64,000 nucleotides of DNA from Verrucomicrobia bacterium UBA1200 (GTDB lineage: Bacteria; Verrucomicrobiota; Kiritimatiellia; RFP12; UBA1067), in the NCBI GenBank assembly GCA_002309765.1, contig DBXY01000058.1, positions 8,989-72,988 on the forward strand. The letters run 5' to 3'. The notes below the pieces were generated by a model, which was not told the origin of the DNA, made no database searches, and saw only the letters and a list, made by a program, of their open reading frames with translations. A program made the translations under genes and the position numbers. Below, in pieces: positions 9,735 through 18,808 of this stretch (positions are counted from its first letter, which is position 1; each line of letters begins with the position of its first letter).

Positions 9735-10652
9735 TTACTTGGCGGGATGCACTCCCATACCTTTTTCAATCCCTTTGCCTTCGATGACGGTGCAGGTGGC
9801 GACCTTCTCTTTAACGGACACGACCTTAATCTTGGCGACCTTGGTCAGTTCGCGGTCCAGCACCTCTCCAGTGTCAGGATCGGCAATTTCAGTCTCTTTG
9901 CCGACATCGAAAATCTGGCCTACCGCCACGCCCTCGCGTTCGCCGCGATTGATAATCACCTTCTCTTCCGTCGCCAGAACCACCGTGCCTTCCCACGGCA
10001 GCGAATCCAACTGGGCAATCAGGAACTCCATCGCCTGATTGACCGCATCGGTCGCCGCCAACCCCATGTTATCCTTCAAGAAACCGCCCATATCGCCGGT
10101 AAGACCGCCCAGTGCGCTACCGTGGTAACCAAGGGACAACCCCTTCTTGCCAGACTTTCCGACCACACTCTTGGACGCTTTGACCTGACCAGTGCGGGAA
10201 TCGACCACGTAAATCGTGATGTTAATTTCGGCGCTTCCGCCGCCCAAGCCCACGCGAATGCCCTTAAATCCCAACCCGGTGCCGGCGCCTTTGGTTTCCT
10301 GCACGTGGGTAATCGCGCCTTTCACCAGCAATTGGGCCGGGGTCATCTGCCCGGTAGCCGGGGCTTTCTTGCCGCCCGCCATCCGGCCCGACGCCGCCAT
10401 GTCCTGCTCATTCATCGCCTCGGCACGCATATCCTTCTCGCCCAGAACGATGAACTTGCCCGATTGGGTCAGTTGGTCGGTCAAGATTGTTCCCCATGCG
10501 TCACCCAAATCCCACTGCCCGCGCCAGTTGGCCTTGTTTTCAAACTTGGTTACCGTTATGCTGTAACGGAGGTTACCCTGCGCAAAAGCGGAAACTGCCA
10601 GTGACGCCACACAAGCGACCGACAACAACGATGATAAAAATGAATTCTTCAT
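9735..10652 (-). CDS. CsgG/HfaB-family outer-membrane lipoprotein-like protein with extra C-terminal beta domain
   Basis: Start set at the ATG at 10652 (MKNSFLSSLLSVACVASLAVSAFA). Typical CsgG blocks are present: ITVTKFENKANW...GDAWGTILTDQLTQSGKFIVLGEKDMRAEAMNEQD...AQLLVKGAITHV...INITIYVVDSRTGQV. Confidence 0.75.
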   Translation of the reverse strand: MKNSFLSSLLSVACVASLAVSAFAQGNLRYSITVTKFENKANWRGQWDLGDAWGTILTDQLTQSGKFIVLGEKDMRAEAMNEQDMAASGRMAGGKKAPATGQMTPAQLLVKGAITHVQETKGAGTGLGFKGIRVGLGGGSAEINITIYVVDSRTGQVKASKSVVGKSGKKGLSLGYHGSALGGLTGDMGGFLKDNMGLAATDAVNQAMEFLIAQLDSLPWEGTVVLATEEKVIINRGEREGVAVGQIFDVGKETEIADPDTGEVLDRELTKVAKIKVVSVKEKVATCTVIEGKGIEKGMGVHPAK

Positions 10653-10805
10653 AGCAGTTAAACTCTCAATGTGAGTGAATACAACGGTTAAAACAACATA
10701 TAATATATTACTCCTGACGGGAGGATAAATCAAGCCGCAATTATCAAAATTAGACTCTTAAGTGAAAGCCCCTGCCGCATATCCCGTCTACCGCATGGTT
10801 ATAAT

Positions 10806-10844
10806 AAAAAAATGCGTTCCCGTTTTGCAGGAACGCATTTTTTA
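10806..10844 (-). terminator. rho-independent (bidirectional-looking) terminator after potD
   Basis: 10-bp stem AATGCGTTCC / GGAACGCATT (10811-10820 / 10830-10839), flanked by an A-run and a T-run. It sits 23 nt beyond the potD stop on the minus strand. Confidence 0.75.
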
Positions 10845-10866
10845 ACAAGCGAGAAAGGCATCAAAA

Positions 10867-11961
10867 CTAACGGGAGGCTTTGATCTTATCCCAAGCCTTG
10901 TTGTACAACTCGATAACCTGCGAGTTGCCGTCAAAACCGCGAATCACTTGACCGCGTTTCATGGTCTCCTCGTCAAGAATAATCATTTTGCGATAATCCT
11001 CGTCCAGCATCTCGATGGCGGGACCAACCGGATTCGGACCGCAAATATACTCCATGTTGTCCTTGGCGACTTCAGGGTCGTAGATGGTGTTGATGAACGC
11101 ATAAGCCAAATCGATCTGCTTGGCGTCTTTAGCAATCACCATTTCGTCAAACGCCACGGCAAAGCCCTCTTTCGGCAAAGCGAAACCGACATCCGGCCGG
11201 GGTTTTACGCCCTCTTCCTCATCGCCGACTATTAATTGGGTGACATCCGTGGAATAACCCTGACCGAGCAGAATTGCCCCGGAGGCGACCTCAGTCTTGT
11301 AACTTTCCGAGTCAAACTTGCGGATGTTTTCCTTCCACTTCAAAACTTCGGCAACGGCCTTGTCAAGCTCCTCAGCCGAGGTGGTGTTGATCGAATACCC
11401 CAAGCTCATCAAACCGGCGCCAATAACCTCGCGCTGATCGTCCAACAGCGAGATCTTGCCGCGCAGAGCAGGATTCGCGAGAACCTGCCAAGTGTTGACA
11501 TCAACCCCGGCCGGGACCTTGTCCTTCAAGTACGCAAAACCAGTGTAGGTAACCGCGTAAGGAACGTTGTAAGTGAACGAAGGATCGATGATCTGCGGCA
11601 GGAACTGCTTGGCAAAATTTTTACGGACATTGGGAAGTTTCTCGTGGTCAATCTTCTGAATCATCCCCTCGTCCACCATCGTCTTAATCTGGTAGGATGA
11701 AGGCATGATGATATCATATCCGGTCGCACCGGCTTTAAGCTTGGCGTACATGGTCTCGTTGGAATCGAACGTATCGATAACCACTTTGCAGGAATGTTTT
11801 TTTTCAAACGCCTGAATCACGTCCGGCGCAATGTAGTCAGACCAAGTGTAGATGTGCAATTCCGGTTTTTTCGCTCCGTCATTTTCGTTCTTCTGCGGGT
11901 TGCAACCCGCGACGACGCCGAGTACGAGCGCAACGCCCGCCAGGAGGTTAATGGATTTCAT
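10867..11961 (-). CDS. potD: spermidine/putrescine ABC transporter substrate-binding protein
   Basis: 364 aa with a lipoprotein signal (LGVVAGC). PotD/PotF-like blocks LHIYTWSDYI...VVIDTFDSNE...YDIIMPSSY. Last gene of the potABCD order. Confidence 0.85.
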   Translation of the reverse strand: MKSINLLAGVALVLGVVAGCNPQKNENDGAKKPELHIYTWSDYIAPDVIQAFEKKHSCKVVIDTFDSNETMYAKLKAGATGYDIIMPSSYQIKTMVDEGMIQKIDHEKLPNVRKNFAKQFLPQIIDPSFTYNVPYAVTYTGFAYLKDKVPAGVDVNTWQVLANPALRGKISLLDDQREVIGAGLMSLGYSINTTSAEELDKAVAEVLKWKENIRKFDSESYKTEVASGAILLGQGYSTDVTQLIVGDEEEGVKPRPDVGFALPKEGFAVAFDEMVIAKDAKQIDLAYAFINTIYDPEVAKDNMEYICGPNPVGPAIEMLDEDYRKMIILDEETMKRGQVIRGFDGNSQVIELYNKAWDKIKASR

Positions 11962-12035
11962 TGCTTTGTTCCTTTCTTTTTTTGGTTAACAACCGGCCCC
12001 CAGCGGGGCGGACAAATTCTTCCGGCTACCGCGCG

Positions 12036-12845
12036 TTACGTCCCATGCCGCTTTGAAATCGTGCGGGAAAGTCCCGCCAACAGACAAGTAGCGATAAGCA
12101 TCACCGTGGAAAGCGCAAAAACCGCCGGCAGGTTCTTTGAATGCTTTACCATCGAGGACACGTAGGTAGGGAATGTGTTGGTTCCCGCGCCGTTGACAAA
12201 CGCCGTGATGACAACATCGTCGATCGAAAGAGTGAAAGCCAGCAAACCGCCCGCGATGATGCCGGGCATCAGGACGGGAAGCTCAACCTTGAAAAAGGTA
12301 TAGAGCGGTCCCGCGCCCAAGTCGTATGCAGCTTCAATAATCGAACGGTCAAAGTCCTGTAGTCTGGCAAGCACCGTCATCACCACGTATGAGACGCAGA
12401 ACGTGATGTGGGCAATGAGGATGGTCCAGAATCCGCACTCCACGCGGCAGGCGACAAAAAGCATCAGCAACGAAATACCGATCAGAATATCCGGCATGAC
12501 CAGCGGCGTGTAAACCAGCGCGTAATGTACGGACTGCAACCGGCTTTTCCAACGGTTGAGCGCGAGCGCGGCGGTCGTGCCGATCACGCACGAAAACAGC
12601 GTGGCCAGCCCGGCGATCTCAAGCGACAGCCAGAAACTGTCCAGCAGACTGCGCACGGAGTAAACTCCGGTGAACAGTTGCCGGTACCATTTGACGGTGA
12701 ACCCCAGGAAATTGCCGTCCGCGTCAAAAAACCGCAGGGAAATCCCGTCCGGGCTAAAACCGTAAGCGATCACCAACAGAATCGGAATATAGAGGAAAAG
12801 CAACACTAGTGCCAACACCGTCGGGGCGAAGAATGATTTTTTCAT
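12036..12845 (-). CDS. potC: spermidine/putrescine ABC transporter permease
   Basis: 269 aa, multi-TM, with an EAA-loop-like IIEAAYDLGAGPLYTFFKVELP. It overlaps potB by 4 nt. Confidence 0.85.
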   Translation of the reverse strand: MKKSFFAPTVLALVLLFLYIPILLVIAYGFSPDGISLRFFDADGNFLGFTVKWYRQLFTGVYSVRSLLDSFWLSLEIAGLATLFSCVIGTTAALALNRWKSRLQSVHYALVYTPLVMPDILIGISLLMLFVACRVECGFWTILIAHITFCVSYVVMTVLARLQDFDRSIIEAAYDLGAGPLYTFFKVELPVLMPGIIAGGLLAFTLSIDDVVITAFVNGAGTNTFPTYVSSMVKHSKNLPAVFALSTVMLIATCLLAGLSRTISKRHGT

Positions 12846-13831
12846 GCCTTTGCCCCCGGAATATGCGCCGCCACCACATTGTCAGCCTTTTTCAAATCCC
12901 GAGCTTTCTGGCGCGCCCGCCACCAAACGGTCATCGCCATCGGCACCAGCACCGACACCGCCATAAGGGTGGCCAACGCCGAGGCGTGTGGAATGTTGCG
13001 GTTCTGAATCGCGCGCATGAAAATTTTGTTGCCGATCAGCACGCAGTTGGTGCCACCCAGCATCTGGGGAATCACGTAAGAGCCGATGGCCGGAATGAAT
13101 ACCATCAGCACCGCTGAAATTATCCCTTGGCGAATGCAGGGGATAAAGATCTTGCGGAAAGCGTAGAAACTGTTCGCCCCCAAGTCCAACGCCGCCTCCA
13201 TCAGCGAAAAGTCAAACTTTTCCGCCGCCGAATAAATCGGCATGATGGAAAACGGGAGAAAGGAATAGACCGAAACCAACACTACCGCCACCTCTGAATC
13301 CAGCATCGTAGCCATCGCAGGATCAAGCGGTCCCGGGGTTGCCAATCCCAATCCCGTCAACGTATGCTGCACAAAAGCGGGCATACACTGGAAAAGCCAT
13401 TCGTTGAAACGCAAATAAGAAAGATAACAAGCCTGCAACCAGCCGTCCGGATGCAGCATAGTGCGCCAGGCGAAGACCCGCACCACAAAACTGGTCCAAA
13501 ACGGCAGCATGATCGCCCCCGCCACAATCGCCCGCAGGCGCTTGTCCATCCGCGCAATCGCGTAGGCGCAGGGAAGGGAAAGCAGAATGCACCAGAGCGT
13601 CACTTTAACCGAGATGCGCAGCGTCCGCCAAATGATTGACGGATAATCCGGGTCGGCAAGCGCGCGCCATGTCTCAAGACTGTACGGTTCCGCAACGCCC
13701 CCGTTAGGCGTGTGGCCGTGGAAGGTGAAGGATACCACAATCAGCGTCGGTATCGCGAAAAACAGGGCCAGCCACAAAAACGACGGCGCGGTAAGCAATC
13801 CTTCCGAGAAAAATCCTTTGCGGTTTTTCAT
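12842..13831 (-). CDS. potB: spermidine/putrescine ABC transporter permease
   Basis: 329 aa, multi-TM, with EAA loop LMEAALDLGANSFYAFRKIFIP. It overlaps potA by 4 nt. Confidence 0.85.
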   Translation of the reverse strand: MKNRKGFFSEGLLTAPSFLWLALFFAIPTLIVVSFTFHGHTPNGGVAEPYSLETWRALADPDYPSIIWRTLRISVKVTLWCILLSLPCAYAIARMDKRLRAIVAGAIMLPFWTSFVVRVFAWRTMLHPDGWLQACYLSYLRFNEWLFQCMPAFVQHTLTGLGLATPGPLDPAMATMLDSEVAVVLVSVYSFLPFSIMPIYSAAEKFDFSLMEAALDLGANSFYAFRKIFIPCIRQGIISAVLMVFIPAIGSYVIPQMLGGTNCVLIGNKIFMRAIQNRNIPHASALATLMAVSVLVPMAMTVWWRARQKARDLKKADNVVAAHIPGAKA

Positions 13832-15015
13832 TTTCCGGGGAACTCCTTGGGCGCGTCAGGCGGAGTCTGCACCAATCCGGCGTCGGATTCGGAGAAGTTT
13901 TCAATCATGTAACCGTCATCCGGATGCCACCACATGTACACCTTGTCGTTCCAGGTGATCGGCGCCTGGTCAAGCAGGAACCTGGAATGCGGCTTGAGCG
14001 CGGAGACGCTGCGGTCGCCGCACATGATCCAATATTTCGTGTAAACGCCTTGGTAAATCACATCCGTTACCGTACTCTGGAAAACGTTTACCCCCACCCC
14101 GTTCTCCGGCTGGGGCGCGTTAAGCGTGATATGAATCTTTTCCGGACGCACCGAAAGGTGAACGTTCTGGCCGACCAACAATTTGCGGTCATTGAAAGCC
14201 TGAATATCGCCCAGCCCCTCGCAACGGATAGTGCAATAGTCGCCCGAAGCGGCAACGATCTCACCGGCAAAAAAGTTGGTGTCGCCGATGAACGCCGCGA
14301 CGAAACTGGAGACCGGCGCCTCGTAAATCTTCGCCGGCTGGTCAAGCTGCTCCACCTTGCCGCGGTTCATAACGGCGATACGGTCGGAAAGGCTCATCGC
14401 CTCACCTTGGTCGTGGGTCACATAGATAAAGGTAATACCCACCTGATCGTGGATAAGGTCCAATTCCATCAGCATGTGCTGACGGAGCTTGAGGTCCAGC
14501 GCCGCCAGCGGCTCGTCAAGCAACAGCACCTGCGGCCGGTCCACCAAGGCGCGCGCAATGGCGACGCGCTGCTTTTGTCCGCCCGAAAGCTGGTTCGGAT
14601 ACTTCCACGCGTGCTCGCGCATTTGGATCATGCCGAGAATCGCATCTACCTTCTCTTCAATCTCACGCTTAGGCAACTTGGACAGCTTTAGGGAGAAGGC
14701 GATATTGTCCCAGATGGTCATCGTGGGGAAGAGCGCGTAATTTTGGAAAACGGTGTGAACGCGGCGCTGGTTCGGCGAAAGGTCGGTAATGTCCTTACCG
14801 TCTAGAAATATCCGTCCGGAATCCGGCATCTCAAAGCCCCCGAGCATGCGCAGTAACGTAGTCTTACCGCAACCGCTCGGTCCCAACAAAGAGAAAAACT
14901 CGCCCTTTTTAATGCCCAAAGAGACATTATTGACCGCAGTCAACGGGCCAAAACGCTTGGTAACGTTTTCGAACACCAGAAAATCGGACACTTCACAACA
15001 CCTCGCACTATCCAA
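13828..15015 (-). CDS. potA: spermidine/putrescine ABC transporter ATP-binding protein
   Basis: Walker A GPSGCGKTT, signature LSGGQKQR, Walker B LLLDEPL, and a C-terminal TOBE-like domain. The exact start is uncertain: TTG at 15015, or an in-frame GTG about 27 nt downstream. Confidence 0.85.
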   Translation of the reverse strand: MDSARCCEVSDFLVFENVTKRFGPLTAVNNVSLGIKKGEFFSLLGPSGCGKTTLLRMLGGFEMPDSGRIFLDGKDITDLSPNQRRVHTVFQNYALFPTMTIWDNIAFSLKLSKLPKREIEEKVDAILGMIQMREHAWKYPNQLSGGQKQRVAIARALVDRPQVLLLDEPLAALDLKLRQHMLMELDLIHDQVGITFIYVTHDQGEAMSLSDRIAVMNRGKVEQLDQPAKIYEAPVSSFVAAFIGDTNFFAGEIVAASGDYCTIRCEGLGDIQAFNDRKLLVGQNVHLSVRPEKIHITLNAPQPENGVGVNVFQSTVTDVIYQGVYTKYWIMCGDRSVSALKPHSRFLLDQAPITWNDKVYMWWHPDDGYMIENFSESDAGLVQTPPDAPKEFPGK

Positions 15016-15180
15016 GTTGCAAATTGCCTGTTACAGGTATCGGCGCCTCTCGCCCCAATTCGGGTTGAGAGCAATAACTTTAAAATAGTTGGGTGGCATA
15101 GTCAATAACGAAATATGATTTTATCGAAATAATTTTCATTGCCAGCCAAACACCCACTCATTATTCACCATTTTAATTCT

Positions 15181-15222
15181 TCACTCCTCACTCTTATCTC
15201 GTCACTATTATCTCGTCACTCT
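15181..15222. repeat. G-poor heptad-periodic tandem repeat (TCACTCC/TCACTCT/TATCTCG/TCACTAT/TATCTCG/TCACTCT)
   Basis: Read directly from the sequence: six consecutive 7-mers, i.e. a 14-nt unit TATCTCGTCACTNT x2 plus flanks. It starts at the stop codon of the HAD gene and lies upstream of potA. Confidence 0.7.
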
Positions 15223-16103
15223 TCCCAAGGCGGTATACTGGGCAATGTACCCAAAAACTCGCGTTCCAGCTCCGTTTCATAATCGCCGGCGAACGTTCCG
15301 TTCATCAGACGCGGGAAACCCTCTTCTCGAAGCCGCCGCCAAGCGTTGTTTTCATCGCCGGGAGTAATGGGGAAGAACAGCGCACCGGCCTCGCGGGCCG
15401 AACGCAGGTCGCCTTGGGCATCCCCCACCATCAGCACCTTCCCGGAGGCATATTTTCCCCCGGCGGCGGCGGCCAACATCTCGGCCTTGGTCCCCGCTTC
15501 TTGACCGCAGATAATTTCCACCAGCCCGTCAATCCGGTGCAATTTCCACTCGCGCCGCAATGCGGCTTCCGGCGTTTGCGAAACCACCATCAAATCCGCA
15601 GTCCCCCGCATCTGCTCCATGGTCGCGACCGCTTCCGGGAAAGGCGGTACGGGGCGCATATTGCCATCGATGCTGGCGCTAACTTCCAGACTCCACTCCA
15701 AAAGGCGGCGCAACTCTGGATCCCCGGTCCGCTCCACTTCAGTCCGCAATGACGGATTACCCAAAGTCAGACCGGATTGCACGTATGCCCGCAAAGCGTC
15801 AAGTTTGGGCAACTCCACCCCTGATTCGGCGACACCCGGATAGTTGCGGAACCAGGTGAAAGTGCGCAGCAGAGCCGGAAACCGGTTCGACCCGCGGTAA
15901 CAGGAAATCAGATTCGAGAAATCCGCGCACGCGATCAAAGCATCGGCGCAACGCTCCAAATGCCAGTGCTTGATGATCAACGGATGAAAATGCTCGCGCT
16001 GTTTGACCGCCATCGTGTCAAACACGCATCCGTCGGAGTCGATTCCCACAAAACAATCGTGCTGCGGGGCAAAACCCCGCAGCATCGCGCAATCAACGCT
16101 CAT
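15216..16103 (-). CDS. HAD-superfamily hydrolase
   Basis: 295 aa. HAD motif I is present as GIDSDGCVFDT (DxDG). A motif IV-like MVGDAQGD lies near the C-terminus. Confidence 0.7.
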   Translation of the reverse strand: MSVDCAMLRGFAPQHDCFVGIDSDGCVFDTMAVKQREHFHPLIIKHWHLERCADALIACADFSNLISCYRGSNRFPALLRTFTWFRNYPGVAESGVELPKLDALRAYVQSGLTLGNPSLRTEVERTGDPELRRLLEWSLEVSASIDGNMRPVPPFPEAVATMEQMRGTADLMVVSQTPEAALRREWKLHRIDGLVEIICGQEAGTKAEMLAAAAGGKYASGKVLMVGDAQGDLRSAREAGALFFPITPGDENNAWRRLREEGFPRLMNGTFAGDYETELEREFLGTLPSIPPWEE

Positions 16104-16106
16104 CGG

Positions 16107-16916
16107 CTACTTCTCGTTGCCGGCCGGCGGCTTGTCTGCGGCTTTTAACAGATTCTTAAAGCCCTCAACCGCGCCGGTGGCCATCTTTTTGACACCGGCA
16201 CCGATATCCTTGGCACCGCTGCCCACGAGATCGGTGGCACCGCCAACCACGTTGGCGGAAGCTTTTACAATGCCCACCACCACGCTGGAAACGATTTCTT
16301 TAATCGCCTCGACCGCGGTAATGCCGCCGTTCTTGGCGCCGATACCGTTCAATTCGATATCCGGAGTTGGCACCGGCACCGCCGCGCCCATCGTCAACGG
16401 CGAAGAGAATTGCACCTGCGCCCCGGACAGCTTGAAGTGGTTAATTACCACCTTCTTGCCGGATTCGTCGCTCTTCGGGGTTTCCTTACCCGTCTCGTCC
16501 GTCTTCGTTTTCGGCTTGCTGCCACTGGTAAACGCGTCGAAATTCGACTTCCCGCCCTTTGACTCATACCGAATTAAAGGATCTTTAATCGTGATGTCGT
16601 CAATCACGATGGTGTCGGAAAACAGCGAAGCTATTTTCATCTTCACCGACATGTGGTCAACCGCGAAACAGGCATTGGTGGAGTACCCTTGCGGGTTGCC
16701 CACGCTCACCTTAGACATCGAAAACGACCCGTTAAACGGATTCATGCTGACGCTGCCGACCTTAATCGGCACTCCGACAACTTTTTCACCCGCCAGCGCG
16801 GCACCCTTGACAATCGGGCAAATGGTCAGCGGAAGCGTCACCAACAACACCACCAACGCCACCGCGATGACCGTCACTGCCGTTACGGCGATTCTCACAC
16901 CTTTTTTCATAGCCAT
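16107..16916 (-). CDS. hypothetical membrane-anchored protein (AsmA/DUF748-like N-terminus)
   Basis: 269 aa with an N-terminal TM segment (IAVTAVTVIAVALVVLLVTLPL) followed by a beta-rich region. Chosen over the antisense 311-aa ORF, which has a low-complexity, shadow-like composition. Confidence 0.6.
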   Translation of the reverse strand: MAMKKGVRIAVTAVTVIAVALVVLLVTLPLTICPIVKGAALAGEKVVGVPIKVGSVSMNPFNGSFSMSKVSVGNPQGYSTNACFAVDHMSVKMKIASLFSDTIVIDDITIKDPLIRYESKGGKSNFDAFTSGSKPKTKTDETGKETPKSDESGKKVVINHFKLSGAQVQFSSPLTMGAAVPVPTPDIELNGIGAKNGGITAVEAIKEIVSSVVVGIVKASANVVGGATDLVGSGAKDIGAGVKKMATGAVEGFKNLLKAADKPPAGNEK

Positions 16917-16940
16917 TTCATCATTCCTTTCGTGTTAAGT

Positions 16941-18407
16941 TTAGACCGTGTAAGTAGAGGCGGCGGTGTTGCCGCCGCTTTCCGTCCAAATATGGTGGTA
17001 AAACTCGCCGCGCGGTTTGTCGGTGCGCTCATAAGTGTGCGCCCCGAAATAATCGCGCTGCGCCTGCAGCAGGTTGGCAGGCAGTCGGGCGCTGCGGTAT
17101 CCGTCGAAGTAATTCAGCGCCGTGCCCATCGCCGGCACCGGGATCCCCAGATCGATAGCGGTCTTGACCACATTCCGCCACGCGCTTTGCGCCTTGGCGA
17201 TAACACCGCTGAAATACGGGTCCAGCAGCAGGTTGGGCAAATCCGGATTGGCGTCGAACGCCTCTTTGATCTTGCCGAGGAACCGGGCGCGAATAATGCA
17301 TCCTTGCCGCCACACTAAAGCGATCTCGCCATAGTTGAGTTTCCATCCGTAATCTTTAGCCGCCTGGCGCATCAGCTGATACCCTTGGGCGTAAGAGCAA
17401 ATCTTCGCGGCGTAAACCGCCTGCTCCAGCTGCCGCAGGAACAGCCGGCGGTCAACCTTAACCTTGGAACGCGGACCGGAAAGAATCTTGGACGCGGCGA
17501 CCCGTTCTTCCTTGATCGCCGACAGGCAACGCGAAAAGACCGCTTCGGCGATTTGGGGAATCGCAACGCCCAAATCCAGCCCCGCTTGAGATGTCCACTT
17601 TCCGGTGCCCTTTTGTCCGGCGGTATCAAGTATCACGTCAACCATCGGCTTGCCGGTTTCTTCATCATACTGGCTGAGGATATCGGCGGAAATTTCAACA
17701 AGATAACTGTCCAAGTCACCCTTGTTCCATTTTGCGAAGACTTTGTGCATCTCCTTGGAGGTCATGCCCAACCCGCGCGCCATCAAATCGTAGGCTTCGC
17801 ACATCAGCTGCATATCGCCGTACTCGATGCCGTTGTGGACCATCTTGACGAAATGCCCGGCCCCGTCACTGCCAATCCAAGCGCAACACGGGGTGCCGTC
17901 GTCAACTTTTGCCGAAATGTCCTGGAAAATCGGCTGGACGTATTTCCACGCCTTAGGGTCGCCGCCAGGCATAATCGCCGGACCTTTAAGCGCCCCCTCC
18001 TCACCGCCGGAGACTCCGGTGCCGACGAAACGGATTCCTTTTTCGGCCAGATATTTCGTGCGGCGGATGGTGTCGGGGAAATGGCTGTTGCCGCCATCGA
18101 TAATGATGTCACCCTTTTCCAGCACCGGCAACAGCGACTCGATGGTCTGGTCAACCGCAGTTCCGGCTTTGACCATCATCATCACCCGACGGGGTTTCTT
18201 TAACGCGTCGGCAAGTTCGCGCACCGAATGGCACCCGATCAGCCGCTTGCCGGCGCCGCGACCGTTGACGAAAGCATCGACTTTCTCCACCGTGCGGTTG
18301 AAACACGCCACGGTGTACCCATTGCTCTCCATGTTGAGAATCAGATTCTCGCCCATGACCGCCAAACCGATCAACCCGATATCCGCTTTCTTAACCTGCT
18401 TTGCCAT
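16941..18407 (-). CDS. gnd: 6-phosphogluconate dehydrogenase, decarboxylating
   Basis: Start set at the ATG at 18407 ([25 protein letters not shown] = NADP-binding GxAxMG). Highly conserved blocks: [16 protein letters not shown]-like, and [10 protein letters not shown] near the C-terminus. Confidence 0.9.
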   Translation of the reverse strand: MAKQVKKADIGLIGLAVMGENLILNMESNGYTVACFNRTVEKVDAFVNGRGAGKRLIGCHSVRELADALKKPRRVMMMVKAGTAVDQTIESLLPVLEKGDIIIDGGNSHFPDTIRRTKYLAEKGIRFVGTGVSGGEEGALKGPAIMPGGDPKAWKYVQPIFQDISAKVDDGTPCCAWIGSDGAGHFVKMVHNGIEYGDMQLMCEAYDLMARGLGMTSKEMHKVFAKWNKGDLDSYLVEISADILSQYDEETGKPMVDVILDTAGQKGTGKWTSQAGLDLGVAIPQIAEAVFSRCLSAIKEERVAASKILSGPRSKVKVDRRLFLRQLEQAVYAAKICSYAQGYQLMRQAAKDYGWKLNYGEIALVWRQGCIIRARFLGKIKEAFDANPDLPNLLLDPYFSGVIAKAQSAWRNVVKTAIDLGIPVPAMGTALNYFDGYRSARLPANLLQAQRDYFGAHTYERTDKPRGEFYHHIWTESGGNTAASTYTV

Positions 18408-18627
18408 TTCATTTGCTCCAAAAACAGAACCAAAACCAATAAGGTGTCCTAAAAAAATCGGGCAATATTTTACCACATCCGCCAACCCCGGTCAAATGCG
18501 AAAAATACATAATACAGGAAACCGCAGTTTGTCGTAATAATAGACACTCTTTTGATAGCGGCGGTAGAATTTTGGCGTACCCGTTCGTCAAATACTGGAC
18601 ACCAATGGTATCATAGGAGGCGGGAAC

Positions 18628-18789
18628 ATGTCACGAATGGCAACGAGCGAATACATTGGGGCAAGACGCCGCATGTATGCGGAATCGAGTCCCGGCAAGC
18701 GCGGGCGGATTCTCGACGAGGTGTGCGAAACGACCGGCTACAGGGGACTTGACAGGTCAAACTGCCAAACCGAGGTAAATCCGCCATAA
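18628..18789 (+). mobile_element. truncated transposase/integrase gene (N-terminal HTH stub only)
   Basis: 53-codon ORF, below the track cutoff: MSRMATSEYIGARRRMYAESSPGKRGRILDEVCETTGY followed by unrelated residues. The first ~38 aa match the N-termini I recognise from DDE/integrase-type IS transposases (..ILDEVCExTGYxRKY..). No catalytic domain follows. Confidence 0.5.
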
Positions 18790-18808
18790 CTCGACGGGAA
18801 CCATTGGG

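Noticed and set aside
9732-10866. Search for a small precursor-peptide ORF (RiPP) next to the B12-radical SAM gene.
   Set aside because: No short ORF with an RBS lies in the 3-nt and 47-nt gaps flanking the rSAM gene. The 10653-10866 intergenic region is occupied by the pot terminator and promoter-like AT-rich sequence.
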